Below, piece by piece: positions 34,001 through 43,589 of a DNA stretch of 64,000 nt (position 1 is its first letter; each line of letters opens with the position of its first letter). The stretch is from Candidatus Omnitrophota bacterium (lineage in GTDB: Bacteria > Omnitrophota > Gorgyraeia > B26-G9). The position numbers and the translations under genes are program-made. Below the pieces are notes generated by a model. It saw only the letters and a list, made by a program, of their open reading frames with translations, made no database searches and was not told where the DNA came from. The stretch covers positions 103,604 through 167,603 of the forward strand of contig JBDRPX010000004.1 of the NCBI GenBank assembly GCA_043826565.1, read 5' to 3'.

Positions 34001-34732
34001 ATGGTAGTAGTAAGTATGATATTATTACAGGTTATTATCTTCGGCGGACTGATATTTCTTTTAAGGCATCTTCTTACCCGTAATGTTACGGATGCGACCT
34101 CACATATGCAGGGAATGATCAAAGGGTACTCGGAAAAAGAGGACCAGATAAAAATTAAACTTGAAGAGGCAGAGAAATATTATGCAGAAAAAATAAAAAA
34201 CGCGGATAAAGAAATTGAAAAATTGAAAGATGAATGCAAGAAGCAGATTGATGAAGAAAAAGTGCAGGTATTGGCCCAGGCGCATAAAGAGAGTGAGACG
34301 GTGATAAACAAGGCCAGGCTTACCTGCGAGGCAATAGAAAATGAATTGGAAAGTAAAATTAATCAGAGAGGAATAGAAAAAGCCGGAGAGCTTATTTGCC
34401 AGGTGCTTTCGCCGGAACTTTGCCAGATAATTCATACGACCTGGGTAGAATCATTAATTGAAAGCGGATTCGCCACAATGGAGTGGCTGAAGGTACCGGA
34501 AGCTGTAAACGTGGCCAAGGTTTCCACGGCATTTGCTTTAACTAAAACACAGAAAGAGACTTTACAGAAAAAACTTGATATCAAATTAGAGAGAGAAATT
34601 AAAATAGAAGAAAAGGTAAGTGAAAAGCTTGTTGCCGGGATGATTATTAATCTGGGCAGCTTGGTTTTAGACGGGAGTTTTGTTTCCAAGATCCGGGAGG
34701 TTGTGCGTGAGTCTACAGCAGATGAAAGTTAA
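34001..34732 (+). CDS. F-type ATPase b-like subunit with a delta(OSCP)-like C-terminal motif (possible b/delta fusion)
   Basis: N-terminal TM helix, then a long Lys/Glu-rich coiled coil. The C-terminus VAGMIINLGSLVLDGSFVSKIREVV resembles the delta-subunit C-terminal motif. GAGGTG RBS lies upstream. Confidence 0.45.
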   Translation: MVVVSMILLQVIIFGGLIFLLRHLLTRNVTDATSHMQGMIKGYSEKEDQIKIKLEEAEKYYAEKIKNADKEIEKLKDECKKQIDEEKVQVLAQAHKESETVINKARLTCEAIENELESKINQRGIEKAGELICQVLSPELCQIIHTTWVESLIESGFATMEWLKVPEAVNVAKVSTAFALTKTQKETLQKKLDIKLEREIKIEEKVSEKLVAGMIINLGSLVLDGSFVSKIREVVRESTADES

Positions 34733-36188
34733 GCTAGCTCAAGAAATAAAATTTAATGTCCGGGAAATCGGCAAGGTTAAATCTGTTCGTGAATTTATTG
34801 TCCGGGCAATAGATATGCCCTCATGTATAAACGGACAGATTGTTGAGTTTGATAACGGATTGCCCGGAATGGTGATGGGGTTTACGGAAAATGAGGTTCA
34901 GATTTTAGTGCTGGGGCCTAAAGCTCAGATCCGGGCCGGTGATCGGGTGTATAGTAAAGGCCGGTTTCTTGCTCTTCCGGTAGGAGATGCTTTTGTCGGA
35001 AGAATCGTAAATGCTTTGTGTGAACCGGTCGATAATAAAGGACCGATAAATGCGCGGGAAAATTATCCGGTATTTAGAGAGGCCCCCGGAGTTATGGAAA
35101 GGCTTCCGGTAGAAAGGACATTAGAATCCGGAACACGTCTTATTGATACAATGATTCCTTTGGCCAAGGGACAGCGTCAGCTTTTAATCGGAGACCGGCA
35201 GACCGGCAAGACAACAATTGCGATAGACGCGATATTAAATCAAAAGGACAAAGATGTAATTTGTATCTATTGCTCGATCGGAAAAACATATTCCAGCCTG
35301 GAGAAATTAGTTGCTTTATTGCGTGAAAAAGGCGCTATGGATTACTCAATTGTTGTCAGCGGGATAGCCTCTGCTTCGGTGGGAGAACAGTATTTAGCGC
35401 CGTATACGGCTTGTATGCTTGGTGAGTATTTTATGTTTAACGGCAAAGATGTATTAGTTGTTTTTGATGACCTGACCAGGCATGCCTGGACTTACCGGCA
35501 GATATCCCTGCTTATGGATAGAGCTCCGGGAAGAGAAGCGTATCCCGGAGATATCTTTTATACGCATTCCCAGCTTATGGAAAGAGCCGGACAGATGAAT
35601 GAAGCTTTAAGCGGCGGTTCAATGTCTTTTTTTCCGATAGTGGAAACTTTACAAGGTGATGTTACCGGTTATATACCGACTAATCTCATATCTATGACTG
35701 ACGGGCAGATTTATTTAAGCACCGCTTTGGTAAACAAAGGATTTATGCCGGCGGTTGATGTCGGTCTTTCGGTTTCGCGTATTGGCAGTAAATCGCAATG
35801 GCCGGCTTTGAAGGAACCCAGCCGCAGCCTGCGGCTTGATTTTTTGCAATATCAAAAATTGCAGGAGATGACGCAGTTAAGAACCAGTGATCTTTCTGAA
35901 GATGCGGCGAGAAAATTAAAAAGAGGCGCGGCCATAACACAATTGCTGATCCAGGATAAGAATGATCCGGTGACCATGGAAAGAGAAGTTTGTGAAATGT
36001 ATGCGTTTGTCCGGGGAGTTCTGGATGACTTTACTCCTTTGGAAATAGATAAGTTTAAAGAAGAGTTTTATAAAAAAATTGTAGAAGTAGCTCCGGATCT
36101 GCCGAAACGTTTGCGCGAAACACAGGTGCTCATGGATGAGAGTATGATGAATTTGGAAGAGGGGATTGGTATTTACTTCCCCAGCTAG
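34722..36188 (+). CDS. atpA: F-type ATPase alpha subunit
   Basis: GDRQTGKTT P-loop and alpha-specific regions (LLIGDRQTGKTTIAIDAILNQK, AYPGDIFYTHSQLMERA). It overlaps the preceding gene by 11 nt. Confidence 0.85.
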   Translation: MKVKLAQEIKFNVREIGKVKSVREFIVRAIDMPSCINGQIVEFDNGLPGMVMGFTENEVQILVLGPKAQIRAGDRVYSKGRFLALPVGDAFVGRIVNALCEPVDNKGPINARENYPVFREAPGVMERLPVERTLESGTRLIDTMIPLAKGQRQLLIGDRQTGKTTIAIDAILNQKDKDVICIYCSIGKTYSSLEKLVALLREKGAMDYSIVVSGIASASVGEQYLAPYTACMLGEYFMFNGKDVLVVFDDLTRHAWTYRQISLLMDRAPGREAYPGDIFYTHSQLMERAGQMNEALSGGSMSFFPIVETLQGDVTGYIPTNLISMTDGQIYLSTALVNKGFMPAVDVGLSVSRIGSKSQWPALKEPSRSLRLDFLQYQKLQEMTQLRTSDLSEDAARKLKRGAAITQLLIQDKNDPVTMEREVCEMYAFVRGVLDDFTPLEIDKFKEEFYKKIVEVAPDLPKRLRETQVLMDESMMNLEEGIGIYFPS

Positions 36189-36393
36189 TATTATGAGTAA
36201 AAAGATTTTTTAAATTACAATATACAATTTTCAAATTAAAAATAAGTAGAATCTTTAGGATGTTTTATTACACTTTGTGGAATTATTTAAGTGATTTTGA
36301 TTTGTATATTGGAATTTGGTTGTAATTTGAGATTTGTAATTTTTGTTTATTCTTCTTACTTGGGATGTACTGTTATTTAAGGGGCTAATTAGA

Positions 36394-37236
36394 ATGGGTG
36401 CGATAGCAAAGCTCAAAGATGATATGAATTTTTATCGGTCCTTAGGAGGACTTATCGAGCTTTTGAAAATGATCGCGATCACCCATTATCATAATTTGGA
36501 AAAAAAACTGGAAACTTATGAGGAATATCTTAAGGTGATCGCCGGGTTTTTCTCCTGGCTGGATATGCAAAAGACAAGCCATCCCTTTATGCGCAGCTCG
36601 GATAAACCTACCGGGATTGTGGCGATCACTTCTGACGGCGGGCTTTTAGGCGGTTATAATGCGCTGATTATGAACGAAGCTATGCGTCAGAGACAGGAAG
36701 AAGACGGTAAACTGATTATTGTCGGTAAACGCGGTAAGCTTTATGTTGAAAAACAGAAAATAGTGTATGCTGTTTTTCCCGGGATAACTAATGCTGGCCG
36801 TTTAGAGCAGGCATTAAAATTAAGGGATTATCTGGTAGAGCAGGCATTAAAAGGGAATTTGGGGAAAATAAAAATTGTTTTTTCTAACCCCATTTCTTTT
36901 ACTTTACAGCGTGTGGAAACGATACAGCTTTTACCTTTTGTGCAGAAAATTCGGAGACCGCCTAAATTAGAGGTCAAAGATGTTATTTTTGAGTCGGACT
37001 TTGCCGGATTGGCAGAATATTTGATACATTTATGGATGGGGCAGAGAGTTTTTGAAATCCTTGGCTTAAGTCAGTTGTCCGAGCAGGCCGCGCGGTTTAT
37101 GCATTTGGAGGTTTGTACCCAAAGGATAAAGGAAATGGATCAAAAGCTTAAATTTAAATATTTTCGGGCGCGGCATGAGATTGTTGACCAGAATATGCGG
37201 GAGCTTTTTTCCGCGAGGATTATGAATGCGCAATAA
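36394..37236 (+). CDS. atpG: F-type ATPase gamma subunit (divergent)
   Basis: Its position between alpha and beta and its size fit gamma; the N-terminal helix is IAKLKDDMNFYRSLGGLIELLKMIAITHY. The longer ORF from 36343 adds a hydrophobic prefix with no RBS. Confidence 0.55.
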   Translation: MGAIAKLKDDMNFYRSLGGLIELLKMIAITHYHNLEKKLETYEEYLKVIAGFFSWLDMQKTSHPFMRSSDKPTGIVAITSDGGLLGGYNALIMNEAMRQRQEEDGKLIIVGKRGKLYVEKQKIVYAVFPGITNAGRLEQALKLRDYLVEQALKGNLGKIKIVFSNPISFTLQRVETIQLLPFVQKIRRPPKLEVKDVIFESDFAGLAEYLIHLWMGQRVFEILGLSQLSEQAARFMHLEVCTQRIKEMDQKLKFKYFRARHEIVDQNMRELFSARIMNAQ

Positions 37237-38641
37237 AATAAAAAATAAAGATGATAAAAAAAACACGGTTGGAAAAGTGATCTCCGTGCAGGGGCCGGTT
37301 GTGGATATAAAGTTTCCCCAACAGGAAGATGTTCCGAATGTTTTTGATCTTATTATCACCTATACTGTTGACGGACAAAAGGTGAGTTTGGAAGTTGCCG
37401 AACATTTGATTGGAAATGTCGCCCGGTGTATTTCCCTTAATTCGACTTTGAACATTCAAAGACATGCCGACGCGTTTGTGCCCGGCGGCGGGATTGAGGT
37501 TCCGGTCGGCGATGAGATGTATTCCCGGCTTATTAATGTTGTCGGCGAGCCGATAGATAAAAAGGGGCCGATTAATTCCACGGAAACAAGGCCGATTCGC
37601 ACAGCGTCCGCAGGAACAAAGATCAGTAAAAACAGTGACGAGCGAGGAACAGAACTTTTAGAAACCGGGATTAAGATTATTGACCTTTTATTTCCTTTGG
37701 TAAAGGGAAGTAAAAACGGGATTCTCGGCGGTGCGGCTATGGGGAAAAGTGTTCTTACTCTGGAAATAATCCAGCATATTGTTAAACGTCATCAGGGTTC
37801 TTGTGTGTTTACCGGAGCCGGAGAGCGTATTCGTGAAGGTAATGAATTATATTTCGAATTGGAGAAGCATAATATTCTGCCGAAAATGAAAATGGTTTTT
37901 GGACAGATGAATGAACCTCCCGGAGCTCGTTATGCAGTAGCGATGACCGGGATAACCTTAGCCGAAAGTATTCAGCGTCAAAACAAAGATGTACTTTTAT
38001 TCATTGATAATGTATTTCGTTTTCTTCAGGCCGGGCAGGAAATATCTACGCTGCTGGGCCGGGTTCCGTCGGAAACCGGATATCAGCCGACATTGTTTTC
38101 CGAAGCTGCGGATTTTCATGAACGTATACGTTCACAACAGGAATACGGCGGGTCGATTACCTCGATTGAAGCCGTATATGTTCCGGCAGATGACTTAACT
38201 GATCCGGCGGTAGTTGCGATATTTAGTTTTCTGGATTCGCTTATTGTTCTTTCTCGTGAACGGGTACAGATGGGGCTGTATCCGGCAATAGATCCGCTTC
38301 TATCAGCGTGTAATAACCTGGATACCGATATTGTCGGGAAATATCATTATGGAATTGCTCAGGATGTATTGCGTGTTTTTCAGCGTTATGAAGAACTTAG
38401 AAAGATAGTATTAGTTGTCGGTATTGATGAGCTTTCTTCTGCGGACCGTTTGACCTATGAACGAGCGCTTAAACTTCAGAATTTTCTTACCCAGCCGTTT
38501 TCTGTCGCGGAATCTTATACCGGAAGAAGAGGGGTGTATGTTACGGTTGACCAGACACTGAGCGGGTGCAAAAGAATCATGTCCGGAGATTTTGATAAAC
38601 AGAATGAAGGGGATTTTTATATGATGGGAGCATTGGCCTGA
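37226..38641 (+). CDS. atpD: F-type ATPase beta subunit
   Basis: Beta-subunit architecture with a divergent P-loop GGAAMGKSV (canonical GGAGVGKTV). The DELSEED region is replaced by DELSSAD. It overlaps atpG by 11 nt. Confidence 0.8.
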   Translation: MRNKIKNKDDKKNTVGKVISVQGPVVDIKFPQQEDVPNVFDLIITYTVDGQKVSLEVAEHLIGNVARCISLNSTLNIQRHADAFVPGGGIEVPVGDEMYSRLINVVGEPIDKKGPINSTETRPIRTASAGTKISKNSDERGTELLETGIKIIDLLFPLVKGSKNGILGGAAMGKSVLTLEIIQHIVKRHQGSCVFTGAGERIREGNELYFELEKHNILPKMKMVFGQMNEPPGARYAVAMTGITLAESIQRQNKDVLLFIDNVFRFLQAGQEISTLLGRVPSETGYQPTLFSEAADFHERIRSQQEYGGSITSIEAVYVPADDLTDPAVVAIFSFLDSLIVLSRERVQMGLYPAIDPLLSACNNLDTDIVGKYHYGIAQDVLRVFQRYEELRKIVLVVGIDELSSADRLTYERALKLQNFLTQPFSVAESYTGRRGVYVTVDQTLSGCKRIMSGDFDKQNEGDFYMMGALA

Positions 38642-38648
38642 TCTCAGA

Positions 38649-38677
38649 TTGACAAAATTATTTATCAATGCAATAAT
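38649..38677 (+). promoter_or_regulatory. possible sigma70 promoter for the gspE-pilZ operon
   Basis: TTGACA at 38649-38654, a 17-nt spacer, then AATAAT at 38672-38677 preceded by TGC (extended -10-like). Confidence 0.3.
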
Positions 38678-38749
38678 AAAAACAAAGTTAAAAATAGTTT
38701 AGTTAACATAATGACGCATAAATTTCTCGAATTTTACAGGTAGAATATT

Positions 38750-40933
38750 ATGGGTAAAAATACTGATGCAATGGTTGTTCAATTGTTAATTGAGCATGAA
38801 ATTCTGGATAAGAAAGAGATTCAGGCTTGTTTTAAGGAAGCTGAAAAAAAGAATAGTTCACCGATACATATTATCGCCGCCCGCAGTAAAACCCCGGAAA
38901 AAAAGCTTTTAGAAATTATTGCTAAAAAACTTCAAATAGAATGTATAAATTTGAAAACCATAGAAATAGATGCCAATGCGCTTAAAAAGGTTCCGGTCAA
39001 AGTTTCCTCCTATTATAAATTTGTTCCGATTCGTTTAGAAAATCGTGTATTGACCATTGCCGTAGCTTACCCGCTGGAGGTAAGGATGCTGGATGAAATC
39101 AGAACGCATCTGGGATTTAATATTGAAATGGTATTGGTTCGGGAAGAAGACGTTCTGGAAATGCTCAAAAATTACTATGGGTTAGGCGCGGAAACAGTTG
39201 AAAAGATTATTGCCCAAAAGACGTATGATTCTCCGACGGAGAAAGTAAAGGAAGATGTTGTCGATGACCTGGAAGCTCTTAGCGGTGCCGCGTCGGTAAT
39301 TCAGCTGGTAAATCAGATTATTTTAGAGTCCTATAAAAAAAGAGCGACAGATATTCACATTGAACCGTACCGGAATAAAGTGCGGTTAAGATACCGTATT
39401 GACGGCGTGCTTTATGAATCTAAGGTTTCTCCGGAAGTTAAGAATTTTCTTACTCCCATACTTTCCCGAATTAAATTGATGTCTAATTTAAATATTGTCG
39501 AGCGGCGTTTGCCGCAGGACGGACGGGCAGTAGTAAAAGTCCAGGATCAGACTCTTGACTTGAGAGTATCGTTTATCCCGACACCTTATGGGGAAAGCGT
39601 GGTCATTAGAATATTACCGGCGGCAATGCTTTTTGGATTGGAGAGGCTGGGGCTTACGGAGTCTGAACATGAGTGTTTAAACGAATTAATTCAAAAGCCG
39701 AATGGTATTGTTTTTCTGACCGGGCCGACCGGAAGCGGAAAGACGACTACATTATATGCTTGTCTTTCATGTATTAATACCGATAAACGTAAAATAATCA
39801 CCATTGAAGATCCCATAGAGTATGAACTTGAAGGCATAACTCAAATACAGATAGCTCAGGCGGTCGGGCTTGATTTTGCGCGGGGATTGCGCAGTATGCT
39901 GCGCCATGATCCCGATGTCATGATGGTTGGGGAGGTTCGGGATCTAGAAACTGCGGAAATTGCGATCAGGGTTGCGCTTACCGGACATTTAGTATTTTCC
40001 ACATTACATACTAATGATGCGGCCAGCGGTATTACCAGACTTGTGGATATCGGTGTTGAGCCGTATCTTGTAGCTTCCAGTGTCGAGGCTTTTATCGCGC
40101 AGCGTTTAGTAAGAATGATTTGTCCTGCTTGCCGGGAGGAAGATTTAGAGATTGCCGATAGTATAAGGAGACAGATCTCCCAGGATTTGGGATATGATAA
40201 TTCTCAAGAAATTAAAGTTTTTCGCGGTAAGGGTTGTCAGGAATGTAATTTTAGCGGGTATTACGGCCGAACCGCTATTTATGAAATACTAATGCTTAAT
40301 GAGGCGCTAAGGGAATTGGTTTTGCATAAATCTTCCAGTGATGAGATCAAGAGGATGGCGATGGCTAATGGAATGAGGACATTGCGCCAGAGCGGCTGGT
40401 TAAAGGTGCTTGAAGGAGTAACCACTCCGGAGGAAATATTGCGGGTTACTCAAGCAGATAAATCTGTTTCTAAAAAAATATCAGAAAAGAAAACTTCCGC
40501 CAGTGAGATTATGGAAATTGCTAAAGAGACATTACAAAAACATATTGCTCCCAAAAAAAAGGAATTTAATCCCGCGGATAGACGTGTGTATGAGCGCCTG
40601 GATAACAGAGTGTATGTGCGCTATACAATATTTAAAGCCGAAAAGAAAAAAAATGTCGAAGGTGAGTATGAAGCAGTACAAGTGGCAGTAACAAGTAATA
40701 TCAGTGCTGGAGGATTACTATTTAACGCGGTGGAAAATCTAGCGATAGGGCTGATAATTGACCTTACGCTGGAATTGCCTGATGAGGGTCCGGTGCAATG
40801 TCTGTCCCGGGTGGTTCGGGTTGAGGAAAGAGTGCCTAATAAAGATTATGAGATCGCGATATGTTTTCTTGATCTGCCCAGCTCGGAACGGGCACGTCTT
40901 AATAGGTTTGTTTTACGCGACATAAAAAAATGA
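38750..40933 (+). CDS. gspE: GspE/PilB-family secretion ATPase with a C-terminal PilZ domain
   Basis: N-terminal GSPII_E N-domain; Walker A LTGPTGSGKTTT; tetracysteine CPACREED...GKGCQECNFSGY. The C-terminal ~120 aa carry the PilZ motifs RRVYER and NISAGG. Confidence 0.8.
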   Translation: MGKNTDAMVVQLLIEHEILDKKEIQACFKEAEKKNSSPIHIIAARSKTPEKKLLEIIAKKLQIECINLKTIEIDANALKKVPVKVSSYYKFVPIRLENRVLTIAVAYPLEVRMLDEIRTHLGFNIEMVLVREEDVLEMLKNYYGLGAETVEKIIAQKTYDSPTEKVKEDVVDDLEALSGAASVIQLVNQIILESYKKRATDIHIEPYRNKVRLRYRIDGVLYESKVSPEVKNFLTPILSRIKLMSNLNIVERRLPQDGRAVVKVQDQTLDLRVSFIPTPYGESVVIRILPAAMLFGLERLGLTESEHECLNELIQKPNGIVFLTGPTGSGKTTTLYACLSCINTDKRKIITIEDPIEYELEGITQIQIAQAVGLDFARGLRSMLRHDPDVMMVGEVRDLETAEIAIRVALTGHLVFSTLHTNDAASGITRLVDIGVEPYLVASSVEAFIAQRLVRMICPACREEDLEIADSIRRQISQDLGYDNSQEIKVFRGKGCQECNFSGYYGRTAIYEILMLNEALRELVLHKSSSDEIKRMAMANGMRTLRQSGWLKVLEGVTTPEEILRVTQADKSVSKKISEKKTSASEIMEIAKETLQKHIAPKKKEFNPADRRVYERLDNRVYVRYTIFKAEKKKNVEGEYEAVQVAVTSNISAGGLLFNAVENLAIGLIIDLTLELPDEGPVQCLSRVVRVEERVPNKDYEIAICFLDLPSSERARLNRFVLRDIKK

Positions 40934-40956
40934 TTTTTAATCAGTAAGAAAGAATT

Positions 40957-42180
40957 ATGGGTGTATTTAAATATCGAGCTAAAAGAGGACCTAAAGATAT
41001 TGTGGAATCGGTAATTAGCGCTGATTCCAAAGAGGAAGCTATTGAAAAAATCAGCCAGATGGGATATTTGCCCATAAAAGTAGAACCTTCAGATGCTTCG
41101 GCTGCTGGGGAGACTGCAAGAAGCCGGTTTTCTTTTAAAGGAATCTCTTCAAAGCGCTTGACCATACTGACACGGCAATTGTCTATTTTACTTAAGTCCG
41201 GAGTACCGATATTAAACGGATTGATGATCCTTGCCGACCAGGCGGAAAATGCTTATATGAAGTCAGTGTTTACGGAAATTTATGATGAAATAAAAAAAGG
41301 AAAAACATTATCCGGGGCCTTGGATTGTTATCCGCGCTTATTCTCTCCTTTATATGTAGCGCTTGTCCGTGCCGGAGAAGACAGCGGAACATTGGAAGAG
41401 GCCTTGTTAAGGATTGCCAGTTACCGGTATAAGCAGGAACAGATCATTTCTTCGGTAAAAACAGCACTTACTTATCCTATCCTCATGGCGATTGTCGGTG
41501 CGGGTACGGTTATATTTATGCTTACATTTGTCATGCCTAAGCTTCTGACTATTTTTACGCGGTTAGGACAGAATTTGCCTTTACCGACAAAAGTACTTAT
41601 ATCTATAAGTACTTTTTTAAGACAGGGTTGGTTTTGGGTATTGTTTTTTCTTTTGTGTGTGGGGATCGTACTTTTTTTTAAATACGGAATGCGCTCAAAG
41701 AGAGAAAAAATTATTTTAAGCGCGGTGAAACTGCGCCTGCCTATTTTTGGAAAAATTTTTTTAAAAACGGAATTAGCCCGCTTTAGCCGAACTCTGGAGA
41801 TTTTATTAAAAAGCGGGATTCAGCTGCTGCCGTCAATAAGGATCAGTATCCCTACTTTAGATAACGAGGTTATCCGGGAAGAATTAAGGAAAGGTTATAA
41901 AGATATTGAGCGGGGAGAATCAGTGGGCGCGACAATGAAGCGTTCTAAAGTATTCCCTCAGTTTATGGGTAATTTAATCAGTGTCGGCGAACAATCCGGC
42001 AGGTTAGAAGAAGTATTGCAGGAATTAGCCGATAGTTATGAAAACGAGACCGATGAAGCCGTAAAGATAATGACTAATCTTTTAGAGCCGATGATGATCC
42101 TGCTGATGGGAATAGTTATCGGGGGAATAATCATCTCTATGCTTCTGCCGGTATTTCAGATCAATATGATGATTCAGTAG
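40957..42180 (+). CDS. gspF: GspF/PilC-family inner-membrane platform protein
   Basis: Two T2SSF repeats with the expected TM pattern (SGVPILNGL..., LEPMMILLMGIVIGGIIISM). Confidence 0.8.
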   Translation: MGVFKYRAKRGPKDIVESVISADSKEEAIEKISQMGYLPIKVEPSDASAAGETARSRFSFKGISSKRLTILTRQLSILLKSGVPILNGLMILADQAENAYMKSVFTEIYDEIKKGKTLSGALDCYPRLFSPLYVALVRAGEDSGTLEEALLRIASYRYKQEQIISSVKTALTYPILMAIVGAGTVIFMLTFVMPKLLTIFTRLGQNLPLPTKVLISISTFLRQGWFWVLFFLLCVGIVLFFKYGMRSKREKIILSAVKLRLPIFGKIFLKTELARFSRTLEILLKSGIQLLPSIRISIPTLDNEVIREELRKGYKDIERGESVGATMKRSKVFPQFMGNLISVGEQSGRLEEVLQELADSYENETDEAVKIMTNLLEPMMILLMGIVIGGIIISMLLPVFQINMMIQ

Positions 42181-42244
42181 CGAAGTTACAGGTTACAAGT
42201 GACAGGTGACAAGTTGTAATAAATAAATCAAGAAAAAATCAATA

Positions 42245-43099
42245 ATGCGAATTAAATTGTTCGAATATATTTCTTTTGGAGTGATACTATTTTTATTCAC
42301 ATGTTCTTTGGCAGGAGCGGAAGAATGGGCGGAGGTAAAAGGGGATCATTTTATTGTCTATTTCCAAGGTCCGAATAAAAATTTTGCCAGCCAGGCTGCC
42401 CGAAAAGCTGAGGAATACTACCTGTCTATAGCGCAAGACCTGGGATATGTACGGTATTCCGGTTTTTGGAAATGGGAGAACAGAGTAAGAATTTTTATTT
42501 ATCCGGACCGCGATAAATATTTGGAATCTACCGGCCGGCCGCAGTGGTCCCGCGGTATGGCTGATTATACGAAAAAGCAGATAGTAAGTTATATGTGGAG
42601 CGAGAATTTTTTGGAAGTTCTTTTAGCTCACGAGATCGGTCATTTGATTTTTCGTGACTTTGTCGGTTTTAAAGGAGAAGTTCCTCTTTGGCTTGATGAA
42701 GGCGTCGCGCAATGGGAAGAAAAACAATTTCGGATTCCCCGAAAAATGGCCATGAAAAATATGCTTGAAGAAAACAAAATGTTTTCTTTTTTGGATATGA
42801 TGAAACTTGAAATCAAAAATATCGATGAAGAAGATCCGATATTTATTACCTCATCATTTAACGGGAAGAATGAAGTTAAAATTGTCGAGGGTAAAACACT
42901 TATTGAGATGTACTATTTGCAGTCATTCTCATTAGTGGGATTTCTGATGGAAGAATATCGCGGAGAAAAATTCATCGCTTTTTGCCGGCAGTTAAGAGAC
43001 GGAAAATCTGTGCAGGAGGCTTTGGGGCATACTTACCCTACCGATTTGAGGACATTTGAAGATTTAGAAGAAAAGTGGAGAAAATACATACTAAAATAA
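42245..43099 (+). CDS. secreted peptidase-MA-like (HExxH...EG..Q.E) domain protein
   Basis: Signal peptide ISFGVILFLFTCSLAGA. AHEIGH followed by WLDEGVAQWEE resembles the zinc-binding signature of the Peptidase_MA_2/DUF1570 family. Confidence 0.5.
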   Translation: MRIKLFEYISFGVILFLFTCSLAGAEEWAEVKGDHFIVYFQGPNKNFASQAARKAEEYYLSIAQDLGYVRYSGFWKWENRVRIFIYPDRDKYLESTGRPQWSRGMADYTKKQIVSYMWSENFLEVLLAHEIGHLIFRDFVGFKGEVPLWLDEGVAQWEEKQFRIPRKMAMKNMLEENKMFSFLDMMKLEIKNIDEEDPIFITSSFNGKNEVKIVEGKTLIEMYYLQSFSLVGFLMEEYRGEKFIAFCRQLRDGKSVQEALGHTYPTDLRTFEDLEEKWRKYILK

Positions 43100-43165
43100 A
43101 TCAAAAATCAAAAGTCAAAAGGCAAAATTACAATGCAAAATTCAAAAATAAAAAGATAAATGATA
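43093..43165 (+). repeat. degenerate heptamer array (AANTCAA-like, ~10 units) upstream of gspG
   Basis: The sequence reads AAATCAA AAATCAA AAGTCAA AAGGCAA AATTACA ATGCAAA ATTCAAA AATAAAA AGATAAA TGATAAA. Confidence 0.55.
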
Positions 43166-43184
43166 AAAAGACTGGAGGAAAGTC

Positions 43185-43589
43185 ATGAAGAGAAATAAGG
43201 GATTTACATTAATTGAGTTGATGCTGGTGGTAATAATAATCAGTGCGCTTGCGGCCATGGTTCTGCCGCGCTTAGCGGGCCGTTCAGAACAGGCTCGGAT
43301 AGCGGCGGCCAGTGCCGATGTGCGGGCTAATATCGCTACCGGGTTAAAACTCTTTGAATTGGATAATGGGGGATTTCCGACGACTTCCGAAGGCTTGCAG
43401 GCGCTTTTGACCAAACCTTCATCGGGAATAAACTGGAGCGGGCCTTATCTGGAAAAAGAGCCGGTTGATCCCTGGGGCAGGCTTTATGAGTATAAATCTC
43501 CGGGAGAACACAGACCCCAGGATTATGATTTATATTCTTTGGGAAAAGACGGCGTTGAAAGCGCGGATGATGTTAATAATTGGGAGTAA
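43185..43589 (+). CDS. gspG: T2SS major pseudopilin GspG
   Basis: Prepilin leader MKRNKG|FTLIELM with Glu at +5. The C-terminal signature is DPWGRLYEYKSPGEHRPQDYDLYSLGKDG. GGAGGA RBS lies upstream. Confidence 0.8.
   Translation: MKRNKGFTLIELMLVVIIISALAAMVLPRLAGRSEQARIAAASADVRANIATGLKLFELDNGGFPTTSEGLQALLTKPSSGINWSGPYLEKEPVDPWGRLYEYKSPGEHRPQDYDLYSLGKDGVESADDVNNWE

Noticed and set aside
43465-43566. Upstream part of the track ORF 43465..44061 (start MIPGAG...)
   Set aside because: It would overlap gspG by 125 nt in another frame. Pseudopilin homology begins only at G|FTLVEV, so a start at 43567 or a non-canonical start nearer 43650 is more plausible.
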